Numbered from the stretch's first letter, positions 16,505-23,203 are shown. The stretch is 32,000 nucleotides of DNA from Candidatus Iainarchaeum sp. (GCA_016205145.1 JACQJH010000002.1:360001-392000); one strand, 5' to 3'. Notes: generated from the sequence alone by a model not told the origin. Numbers and translations are program-made.

Positions 16505-17077
16505 ATGATAATCGTCCTTGTGCGGCACGGCGAAACCGACTGGAACCTGCAGCACAGGATCCAGGGCCAGACGGACCTGCCGCTAAACCAAAACGGAATC
16601 ATTCAGGCAGGCAAACTTGCGGAAAAGCTCAGGCGTTTCAGGTTTGACGCCATTTTTTCCTCCGACATGCAAAGGGCGCTGCAAACAGCGCAGGAAATCG
16701 CAAAATTCCACAATGGCACGCCGCTCGTCGCTTCAAGGCTGCTCAGGGAAAAAAGCTATGGAAAAGGCGAGGGAAAAACCCGCGAGGAAAACATGCGGGA
16801 ATTTCCGGAATACTTCGCCCAATGCGAAAAAGACTATTCTTCGGCAAAGATGCCGGGCGGGGAATCTTTCGCGGAACTTGAATCAAGAGTGCGCGCCTTT
16901 TTTGACGGCACGGTAAACAACCAAAAACACGGGACGATTCTGGTGGTCTCGCATTCCGGCACCAGCAAGGCGATAAAGAAAATGTTCTTAGAAGGCCCGG
17001 TCGGACAGTCGGAACCGTTTCCGCAGGGAAGGGCATTTGAAATCGACACGATTGCCGGAAAAATCGCGGAAATTTAA
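16505..17077 (+). CDS. Histidine phosphatase superfamily protein (phosphoglycerate-mutase-like)
   Basis: 190 aa with the N-terminal LVRHGETDWN (RHG catalytic motif) and VVSHSGT. The substrate cannot be told from sequence. Confidence 0.8.
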   Translation: MIIVLVRHGETDWNLQHRIQGQTDLPLNQNGIIQAGKLAEKLRRFRFDAIFSSDMQRALQTAQEIAKFHNGTPLVASRLLREKSYGKGEGKTREENMREFPEYFAQCEKDYSSAKMPGGESFAELESRVRAFFDGTVNNQKHGTILVVSHSGTSKAIKKMFLEGPVGQSEPFPQGRAFEIDTIAGKIAEI

Positions 17078-17508
17078 ACCGCTTCGACCCAGAAGAAAAT
17101 TTCCTGCTCCTTTTTGCCGCCAGAAGCATAGGAAACCCTGACTGAAACCTTTTGCTTTCCGGCAGCGCCAAGCCTGATTGAAACAGGCTTTTCCTTTGAA
17201 CCTCCGGGCGCAACGGAAAAGGCGCCGAACTCCAGGATTTTGCCCTCGGATAGAACCTCAAAATCGTATTTGATGCTTTGGCCCTCGTGATTGTTTACCG
17301 CAAACGCAAACGAAAAATCTTCACCGGCATTAACCTTTTCCGGCAGGGAGTCAAGCCGGAAAAAAACCTCGGAAAAAGGCTCGCTGCCGCGCTGCTGGGC
17401 AAGCATGAAAACCAGGAAAGCCACGGAAAAAAGCAGGACAACGGTTACGACGGCAAAAACCGGCAACGCATCCGAATCCGCCAAGCCCACAGAATCGCCG
17501 TCCGCCAT
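17074..17508 (-). CDS. Small N-terminally membrane-anchored protein with one extracellular beta-sandwich-like domain
   Basis: 144 aa. ATG at 17508 with GGTG 5 nt upstream. One TM segment (LPVFAVVTVVLLFSVAFLVFML), then FSFAFAVNNHEGQSIKYDFEV. From memory this resembles the C-terminal module of archaeal DUF1616-type proteins; unverified. Its stop codon overlaps the convergent phosphatase stop (TTTAAA). Confidence 0.65.
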   Translation of the reverse strand: MADGDSVGLADSDALPVFAVVTVVLLFSVAFLVFMLAQQRGSEPFSEVFFRLDSLPEKVNAGEDFSFAFAVNNHEGQSIKYDFEVLSEGKILEFGAFSVAPGGSKEKPVSIRLGAAGKQKVSVRVSYASGGKKEQEIFFWVEAV

Positions 17509-17527
17509 GAGAACACCAAAAGCAAAA

Positions 17528-17565
17528 ACTTATTTAATAAGTAATCAGTTTTATTAGATTAAAAC
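17528..17565. promoter_or_regulatory. Two AT-rich palindromes in the divergent promoter region
   Basis: ACTTATT-T-AATAAGT (17528-17542) is a perfect 15-nt palindrome. GTTTTA-TTAGAT-TAAAAC (17548-17565) is a perfect 6-bp inverted repeat. They lie between divergent starts at 17508 and 17602 and may be TATA/BRE elements and/or regulator sites. Confidence 0.4.
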
Positions 17566-17601
17566 CTTTTTGTAGGGGCAGTCAAAGGCAATGGTGCGAA
17601 T

Positions 17602-19086
17602 ATGGCGGATTTTGACAGGTTTGAACAGCCAGCCTATTCGGATGACTTGGGCGGGCAGGAAGAGGGGCAAAAGCCGCTGGACATTGTGACGAAAAACCTC
17701 GGCAAAATCATTGCAATAATCGCCGTGCTCGCCATAGCCTATTTCGCCTACGATTTTTTCGCCGGCAGCATGAGAAACATCACCATAACCGCGGTCGACT
17801 CCGAAAAAAACATTGTCGAGCCGGACAGCATGCAGTTGTCCGATGAATCAGGAAAAGCGGTTCTGCCTGGCGCAGGACAGGGCAATTCCTTCCGCGTGCG
17901 CAAGGGAACTTACACAGTCGCAATAACGGCGCAGGGTTTCAAGCCATTCCGCGACACCATCTCAATCGAGAATGACGGCGAAATACAATTGGTTTTGCCA
18001 AAAGACATCAGGGTTTCAATCGAAAGCGTCCTGCTTGACGAGACAAGCATCCGGGCCGGCCAGACCGTCGCCGGAACAATTTCGCTGGAAAACAAAGGCG
18101 ACAAGCCCGCGGAAGTAGAGCTTTTGCTGCCGGAGCTTGACAAAAAGCCCATTGAAGGCGTCGAAATTTCAATCGAGCCTTCAAAGCTCTCCGTCCCCGC
18201 AAAAGGAAAAGCCGAAGCGGCAATTTCGATAACCATCTCGGATACAATCAAAATCAAGAACGCCGCTTCCGGCGACGACAAGCAAACTAAAATCCAGGTG
18301 CGGTTCACGAACTCAACCGCAACCCTCGCGTTCAAGGTTGTGCCCAAACTCAACATAGGTTTTGCAACGGCAAAAATCAGTTTCGGCAGGATGAGGGCAG
18401 GCGCGAACAGTTCAAAGGAAATCCAGATAAAGAACGGCAACAATTATCCCGCCAAAAACCTTTCGCTTTCGCTTGAAATCGCAGGCTCCGCGAACAGGGA
18501 TGCCGAAGGCTGGTTCACTTTCATAAAAGGCCAAAAAATCGATTCCATTGATTCGAAGGGCACTTACTCCGACCAGCTCAGGGTCGACGTGCCGATAACC
18601 GCCAAAAAGGAAACCATCAACGGCCTCATAGTGCTGAGCGGTGAAAGCCTCGACAGGCCCATCAAGGCCGAGCTCCTGATTGAAATTGCGGACGAAGCGA
18701 AAATCGATTTGGCGTATTCGATTCAGACAAGCGTATACAGTGTGAAATGGCTTGAAGCCCAGCAGAAATACGAGGAAAAAACCGCGAGCTTCAGCCTGAA
18801 GAACGACAGCGACCTGGACATCCAGAACATACAGGTTTTCGTCAAAAACCCCGGCGACTGCACAGTCGAATGGCTCAAGCTGACAGAACCGCTCATAACC
18901 GAAATCAAAAAGGGCGAGACTAAAACAGTTTACTTCACGGCAAGCGCGCCCACCGGAGTGAGGGGCACGATAGAGGAAGTCAACGGCCAGAACTGCAGGC
19001 TCGGCTACAAGTACGAGAATCCCCTGACGCACGCCGACGAAGAGGAAGAAATCGACAAGCTGGTGCAAATCAATCCAAGCGGGTGA
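17602..19086 (+). CDS. Membrane-anchored multi-domain surface protein (Ig-like / CARDB-like beta-sandwich repeats)
   Basis: 494 aa. ATG with GGTG 5 nt upstream. A short acidic cytoplasmic N-terminus precedes one TM segment (IIAIIAVLAIAYFAYDFFA). Several ~90-110-aa beta-rich modules follow, e.g. TVAGTISLENKGDKPAEVELLL and IQIKNGNNYPAKNLSLSLEI. No enzymatic motif is evident. Confidence 0.75.
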   Translation: MADFDRFEQPAYSDDLGGQEEGQKPLDIVTKNLGKIIAIIAVLAIAYFAYDFFAGSMRNITITAVDSEKNIVEPDSMQLSDESGKAVLPGAGQGNSFRVRKGTYTVAITAQGFKPFRDTISIENDGEIQLVLPKDIRVSIESVLLDETSIRAGQTVAGTISLENKGDKPAEVELLLPELDKKPIEGVEISIEPSKLSVPAKGKAEAAISITISDTIKIKNAASGDDKQTKIQVRFTNSTATLAFKVVPKLNIGFATAKISFGRMRAGANSSKEIQIKNGNNYPAKNLSLSLEIAGSANRDAEGWFTFIKGQKIDSIDSKGTYSDQLRVDVPITAKKETINGLIVLSGESLDRPIKAELLIEIADEAKIDLAYSIQTSVYSVKWLEAQQKYEEKTASFSLKNDSDLDIQNIQVFVKNPGDCTVEWLKLTEPLITEIKKGETKTVYFTASAPTGVRGTIEEVNGQNCRLGYKYENPLTHADEEEEIDKLVQINPSG

Positions 19087-19091
19087 AAGAC

Positions 19092-19484
19092 ATGCCTGAA
19101 GACATGAGAATCCATCTGCTCAACCTCATAAACTGGGAGCGCGGAAAACACGGTTTGCCGCCATTACAGTTGGATGAAGGGCTTGCGCACGCAGCAAAAG
19201 CCCATTCGGAACACGACATAGACCAGCCGGGACTCGCCCACGCGCCGGAACATCTCCGCCCAAACGTGCTCGAGAACGTCGCTTCGTATGAGTGGCGCGG
19301 ACCGCACAGTCAACCATTCGAGCCATGGCAGATAGCCGAAAAAATAGTCCAGCTGTGGATGGACAGCCCCAGCCACAGGGCAGCAATGCTTGACCCCCAC
19401 ATAACCCATGTCGGCGCCGACATCGCGCACAGGCACCTGGAAAACAACAAAAGAAAAATCCATGCAACCGCAAGATTCAGGTAA
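19092..19484 (+). CDS. CAP/SCP (YkwD-like) domain protein without an evident signal peptide
   Basis: 130 aa from ATG 19092, with GGTGA 5 nt upstream. The alternative start is GTG at 19083, which forms a GTGA overlap with the upstream stop. Motifs NLINWERGKHGLPPLQLDEGLAHAAKAHSEH and WMDSPSHRAAMLDP match the CAP-domain pattern. Confidence 0.7.
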   Translation: MPEDMRIHLLNLINWERGKHGLPPLQLDEGLAHAAKAHSEHDIDQPGLAHAPEHLRPNVLENVASYEWRGPHSQPFEPWQIAEKIVQLWMDSPSHRAAMLDPHITHVGADIAHRHLENNKRKIHATARFR

Positions 19485-19521
19485 AACAGACGCTTGACGT
19501 TTTATACAAAATAGATTACTC

Positions 19522-19572
19522 GGCGTATTGCAACTGCAATACGCCTTAGTTTCGCTCCACGCAGCCGAAACT
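19522..19572 (-). repeat. Intergenic modular hairpin element, copy B (H2 + H1, inverted relative to copy A)
   Basis: GGCGTATTGCA-AC-TGCAATACGCC (19522-45), TT, then AGTTTCG (19548-54) / 11-nt loop / CGAAACT (19566-72). Read on the minus strand it aligns with 14560-14616: same H1-AA-H2 order, same 11-nt H1 loop length, and stem differences that are paired. Confidence 0.75.
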
Positions 19573-19587
19573 GCGTAGCCGTTGCGA

Positions 19588-19609
19588 AGCCGTTTTTGCG
19601 GGCTTTTTT
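19588..19609 (+). terminator. Hairpin plus T6 downstream of the CAP-domain gene
   Basis: AGCCG-TTTTTG-CGGGCT (one bulged G) followed by TTTTTT. The arms resemble the AGCCG...CGGCT arms of the tRNA-flanking box. Confidence 0.45.
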
Positions 19610-19620
19610 CCAAAATCCTA

Positions 19621-19677
19621 AGGCAGATGGGTATTGCAATTGCAATACCCGTCGCGCACCAGCCGGGCGCGACGGCT
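19621..19677 (-). repeat. Intergenic modular element, copy C, abutting the 3' end of tRNA-Thr
   Basis: The minus strand reads AGCCG-TCGCGC-CCGGCTGGTGCGCG (plus 19653-19677). Next comes the perfect 22-nt palindrome GGGTATTGCAATTGCAATACCC (19629-19650), then A-TCTGCCT (19621-19627). An alternative 8-bp hairpin is CGTCGCGC / ACCAGCCGG / GCGCGACG (19650-19674). Confidence 0.8.
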
Positions 19678-19749
19678 AGCCCCGAGAGGGATTTGAACCC
19701 TCGGCCACTCGCTTACGAAGCGAGTGCTCTACCGCTGAGCTACCGGGGC
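19678..19749 (-). tRNA. tRNA-Thr (anticodon CGU)
   Basis: GCCCCGG-TA-GCTC-AGCGGTA-GAGC-A-CTCGC-TTCGTAA-GCGAG-TGGCC-GAGGG-TTCAAAT-CCCTC-TCGGGGC-T. All four stems pair (one G-U in the acceptor stem). 72 nt, no encoded CCA, no intron. Confidence 0.9.
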
Positions 19750-19801
19750 GGAAACTGCAGTTCCGTGAAAAAAGCTTTTGCGCGTCGCCTCTTTTCCAAG
19801 G

Positions 19802-19823
19802 TTTTTTTGCAATGGCAAAAAAA
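19802..19823. terminator. Perfect palindromic hairpin between glyS and tRNA-Thr
   Basis: TTTTTTTGC-AATG-GCAAAAAAA: a 9-bp stem flanked and built from T/A runs, so it reads as hairpin plus U-run on either strand. It lies about 30 nt downstream of the glyS stop. Confidence 0.45.
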
Positions 19824-19851
19824 GCTTGTGCGGAAAGGTTTAATTTGCTTT

Positions 19852-21348
19852 TTATATTTTGGAAAACCCGGCTTTGCCCGCTGAAAGCTTCCACAGCAGT
19901 TCCGGCAGGCTGTCAGCCTTGACGCGCTTCTGTTCCATTGAATCGCGTTCGCGCAAAGTTACGGTGTTGTCCTTCATCGTGTCGTAATCGATTGTTATTG
20001 CGTAAGGCACGCCGATTTCGTCTATGCGCGCGTAACGCTTGCCTATGCTGCCGCTTTCGTCGAACAGGATGTCGAATTCAAAGGCGTTGAGTTCGTTGAA
20101 GATTTCCCTCGCCTTTTCCAGCAGGCCGTCCTTTTTGACAAGCGGGAAAATGCCCAATGCGAAGGGGGCGATTTTTGCCGGCAGTTTCAAATAGATTCTT
20201 TCCTCCGGCCCGCGCTTTTCCTTCCTGAACGCCAGGTCGAGGCAAACGTAAAATGCCCTGTCAATTCCGGCGGAAAGCTCGAATACGTGCGGCAAAACTT
20301 CTTTGCCATCCTCTTTCACGCTAAGCGCCTGCCTGCTCTGCTTTGCATGGCCTTTCAAATCATAGTCGGTGCGGTAATTGCACGCCATGAGCTCAATCCA
20401 GCCCAAATCGGTTTCAACTTCGAAGTCCCAGGTTTCCTTTGCATAAAACGCCCTTTCATCGGCTTCAAGTTCGCGGAACCGCATTTTTTCAACCGGGATC
20501 CCGAGTTCGAAGTAAAATTGCTGGACCCTTGCAAGGTAATACGCAACAAGCTTTCCGGAAACGATTTTCTTTTCCGCCGCGTCCCTGCAGGAAATGGCGT
20601 GCGTTTTCCTGTCCTTTACAAGGCACAAATTGAGCTTGTAGCCTTCGGCCCCGGAAAAACCGTCAATGTCGTTTATTTTGTCGGGGTCGAAAAATATTTC
20701 GATTTCCATCTGGCCGAACTCGCGCGCCCTCAAAAGCGTGTTGCGCGGGGCAATCTCGTTCCTGAAAGATTTTCCGGCCTGGCCGATCCCGAGGGGGAGC
20801 CTGCCGCGCATTGTCTTGAACATTCTCGGAAAATCCAGGAAAATGCTCTGGCAGGTTTCAGGTCGCAGATAGCACGGATTGTCGCCTGTCGCGCCGATGT
20901 CGACTTTCATCATCATGTTGAATTTGCGGACCTGCGAAAACTCCCTGCTTTTGCATTTCGTGCATTCCACTGAATGCTTTTTTATGAGCGCGTCAAGCTC
21001 GGCGGTTGCAAGGCTTTCCGCGACCAGGCCGTTGATTGCTTCCGCGATAAGCCTGTCAGCCCTGAACAGCGAATTGCACTTTTTGCACTGCACTATGGGA
21101 TCGTTAAAACTTTCAAGGTGCCCCGATGCCTTGAAAACGTCTTCCGGCAGAATCTGCGAACCGTCGATTTCGAGAAAGCCTTCCTTTTGGACAAGGCGCT
21201 TTCTCCACAAATCGACTATTTTGCGCCTGATCGCAGCGCCGGTCGGGCCGAATTCCCAGAAGCCGCTTGGCGCGGAAGAGTAAATTTCAGCGGCCGGATA
21301 GAACAAAGAACGGCGCAATGCAAGGTTTACGAGTTCCTCTTTTGCCAT
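19852..21348 (-). CDS. glyS: Glycyl-tRNA synthetase, archaeal/eukaryal alpha2 type
   Basis: 498 aa from ATG 21346-21348; the track ORF starts 3 codons upstream at a TTG. Motifs FYPAAEIYSSAPSGFWEFGPTG, FRNEIAPRNTLLRAREFGQMEIE, a CxxC...CxxC insertion (CKKCNS...CTKCKS) and a C-terminal anticodon-binding domain. Confidence 0.9.
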   Translation of the reverse strand: MAKEELVNLALRRSLFYPAAEIYSSAPSGFWEFGPTGAAIRRKIVDLWRKRLVQKEGFLEIDGSQILPEDVFKASGHLESFNDPIVQCKKCNSLFRADRLIAEAINGLVAESLATAELDALIKKHSVECTKCKSREFSQVRKFNMMMKVDIGATGDNPCYLRPETCQSIFLDFPRMFKTMRGRLPLGIGQAGKSFRNEIAPRNTLLRAREFGQMEIEIFFDPDKINDIDGFSGAEGYKLNLCLVKDRKTHAISCRDAAEKKIVSGKLVAYYLARVQQFYFELGIPVEKMRFRELEADERAFYAKETWDFEVETDLGWIELMACNYRTDYDLKGHAKQSRQALSVKEDGKEVLPHVFELSAGIDRAFYVCLDLAFRKEKRGPEERIYLKLPAKIAPFALGIFPLVKKDGLLEKAREIFNELNAFEFDILFDESGSIGKRYARIDEIGVPYAITIDYDTMKDNTVTLRERDSMEQKRVKADSLPELLWKLSAGKAGFSKI

Positions 21349-21420
21349 GAAAACCAACGAGGAATTTTTGCTTAAAAGCCTTTTTAAACAATGCCTTCAA
21401 ATAGGTAGTAGGCTGGTTTC
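21349..21420. promoter_or_regulatory. Divergent glyS / nop5 promoter region
   Basis: This 72-nt spacer contains CTTAAAAG (21371-78; minus strand CTTTTAAG, 23-30 nt upstream of the glyS ATG) and TTTTTAAA (21381-88, 33-40 nt upstream of the nop5 ATG). Confidence 0.45.
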
Positions 21421-22500
21421 ATGGCAATCGAAGGCAGGCATGACAGGGTATCGCAGTTAAGGGACAGGCTTCTCAAGAAGACCAAAGGGCAGATCCAGGA
21501 AAGGTACGAGGAAAACGATATCCACATAATCAGGGCAATCGGCGCTGTCGAAGACCTGGAATCCATTTTCAACCTGCTTGCCGAAGACGCAAGGGAATGG
21601 TATGGTGTGCATTACCCGGAACTGGAGAGGCTGACCGGAAGCAACGCAGAATTTTTGAAGCTCGTCGCAGACCTCGGCGACAGGAAAAACTTCGATTTTA
21701 CGAAAGTGCTTGAAACCGTTGCCGAACAGGAGAAAGCAACCGAAATTTCGGAAAAAGCCAAGAACTCTATTGGCTCGGCGGTAAGCGGGGAAAAAATGGC
21801 CCTGATTTGCAGTTTCGCAAAAACCGCGCTTGAAACATTTGAAAGGAAAACCGGGCTTTCGGCTTTTGTAGAACAGCAGATGCAGGAAATGGCTCCGAAT
21901 TTTTCAAAAATCGCAACTCCCCTGCTGGGCGCAAAAATCCTCGCCGCGGCCGGTGGCATGAAAAAGCTCGCATTGATGTCGTCTTCGACAATCCAGGTCA
22001 TCGGCGCGGAAAAAGCATTGTTTGCGCACATCAAAACCGGGAGCCCTTCCCCCAAGCACGGCCTGATATTCAACCACCCGCTTGTACAGCAGACGCCGCG
22101 GGACAAGCGCGGAAAAATTGCCAGGGCTTTGGCCGGCAAGCTTTCGATTGCCGCGCGCATAGACTATTTCGGAAAAAGGCAGGCTTCAGCCGAACTGGAA
22201 AAAGACCTCGGGAAAAGGGCTAAGGAAATCGAACAGCTGAAGCCCAAGCAAAAGCCGGCCAAAAGCTTCAGCGAAAAGCCACGCGCTTTCGGTGACAGGC
22301 CGGCGGGGTTCGGCTCACGGCCAGGCGGATTCGGGCAAAGGCCGCGCGGGTTTGGCCCAGGAGGCGGCTTTGGCAGAAAGCCCGGCGGATTTTCAGGAAA
22401 GCCAGGAAGGTTCGGGAACAGGAATGCCGCAACACACGCAAGTTTTGGCGGAAGCTCATACGGACGCCCGCGCATGCGGCCGGCGAAAAAAAGCCGCTGA
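21421..22500 (+). CDS. nop5: Nop5 (Nop56/58) C/D box RNP core protein, N-terminally truncated form with a G/F/R-rich tail
   Basis: 359 aa with IIRAIGAVEDLESIFNLLAEDAREWYGVHYPELERL (start of the coiled coil) already at residues 36-71. The NOP domain is present: MAPNFSKIATPLLGAKILAAAGGMKKLALMSSSTIQVIGAEKALF, SPKHGLIFNHP and GKIARALAGKLSIAARIDYF. An in-frame TAG at 21409-21411 excludes a longer N-terminus. Confidence 0.85.
   Translation: MAIEGRHDRVSQLRDRLLKKTKGQIQERYEENDIHIIRAIGAVEDLESIFNLLAEDAREWYGVHYPELERLTGSNAEFLKLVADLGDRKNFDFTKVLETVAEQEKATEISEKAKNSIGSAVSGEKMALICSFAKTALETFERKTGLSAFVEQQMQEMAPNFSKIATPLLGAKILAAAGGMKKLALMSSSTIQVIGAEKALFAHIKTGSPSPKHGLIFNHPLVQQTPRDKRGKIARALAGKLSIAARIDYFGKRQASAELEKDLGKRAKEIEQLKPKQKPAKSFSEKPRAFGDRPAGFGSRPGGFGQRPRGFGPGGGFGRKPGGFSGKPGRFGNRNAATHASFGGSSYGRPRMRPAKKSR
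22276..22416 (+). repeat. In-frame 21-nt (heptad) tandem repeat encoding the (R/K)PxGFG tail of Nop5
   Basis: KPRAFG-DRPAGFG-SRPGGFG-QRPRGFG-PGGGFG-RKPGGFS-GKPGRFG, residues 286-332. Confidence 0.8.
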
Positions 22501-22518
22501 ATTTTCCTTAAACAAACC

Positions 22519-23199
22519 ATGCTTTTTTTGGTGGTTGCCTTGGATGAAATTTTTGAAGGCGTTTTCTCGGACAACAGGAAAATTTTCACCAAAACAATGG
22601 AGAGGGAAAGCGTTTACGGCGAAAGGCTCGTCGAAGACGGGGGGTGCGTTTACCGCGAATGGGTTCCGTTCAGGAGCAAGCTTGGGGCAGCGATAAAAAA
22701 CGGCCTCAAGGAACTGCCCGTCAAAGCCGGCTCGAACGTGCTTTACCTTGGAAGCTCCGAGGGCACGACGCCGAGCCATGTTTCAGACATCATAGGCGAA
22801 AAAGGCATTCTTGTGGGCGTTGAAATCAGCGAAAGGCCCATGAAAAAATTCATTGCAGTGTGCGAGTCAAGGCAGAACGTGCTTCCCGTGCTGGCGGACG
22901 CAAACAAGCCGCAGGATTACGCGGAATACCTTGAAGGCGTTCCCGTGGACGTGCTGTACCAGGACATTTCCCAGAAAAACCAGGCGGAAATATTCAACAA
23001 AAACGCGAAAGCATTCCTCGCAAAAGGAAAACACGGCCTCATTGCAATCAAGGCGCGCAGCATTTCGCAAAAGAACAGCGTGAAAAAAATTTTCGAGGAA
23101 CAGGTTTCCGAACTCAAAAACGAATTCGAAATAATCCAGGAAATCGCTCTCGAACCATTCGAAAAAGGGCACCTCATGGTTTTATGCAGGAAAAAGTGA
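22519..23199 (+). CDS. flpA: Fibrillarin-like rRNA/tRNA 2'-O-methyltransferase
   Basis: 226 aa with VYGERLV, REWVPFRSKLGAAI, VLYLGSSEGTTPSHVSDI, VEISERPM, ADANKP and VLYQDISQKNQAEI. It starts 18 nt after nop5. Confidence 0.9.
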   Translation: MLFLVVALDEIFEGVFSDNRKIFTKTMERESVYGERLVEDGGCVYREWVPFRSKLGAAIKNGLKELPVKAGSNVLYLGSSEGTTPSHVSDIIGEKGILVGVEISERPMKKFIAVCESRQNVLPVLADANKPQDYAEYLEGVPVDVLYQDISQKNQAEIFNKNAKAFLAKGKHGLIAIKARSISQKNSVKKIFEEQVSELKNEFEIIQEIALEPFEKGHLMVLCRKK

Positions 23200-23203
23200 T
23201 TCG

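Noticed and set aside
19582-19884. A 100-aa plus-strand ORF and a 72-aa minus-strand ORF (19676-19894) across the tRNA-Thr locus.
   Set aside because: They run through a canonical tRNA gene and hairpin repeats and have no coding-like features.
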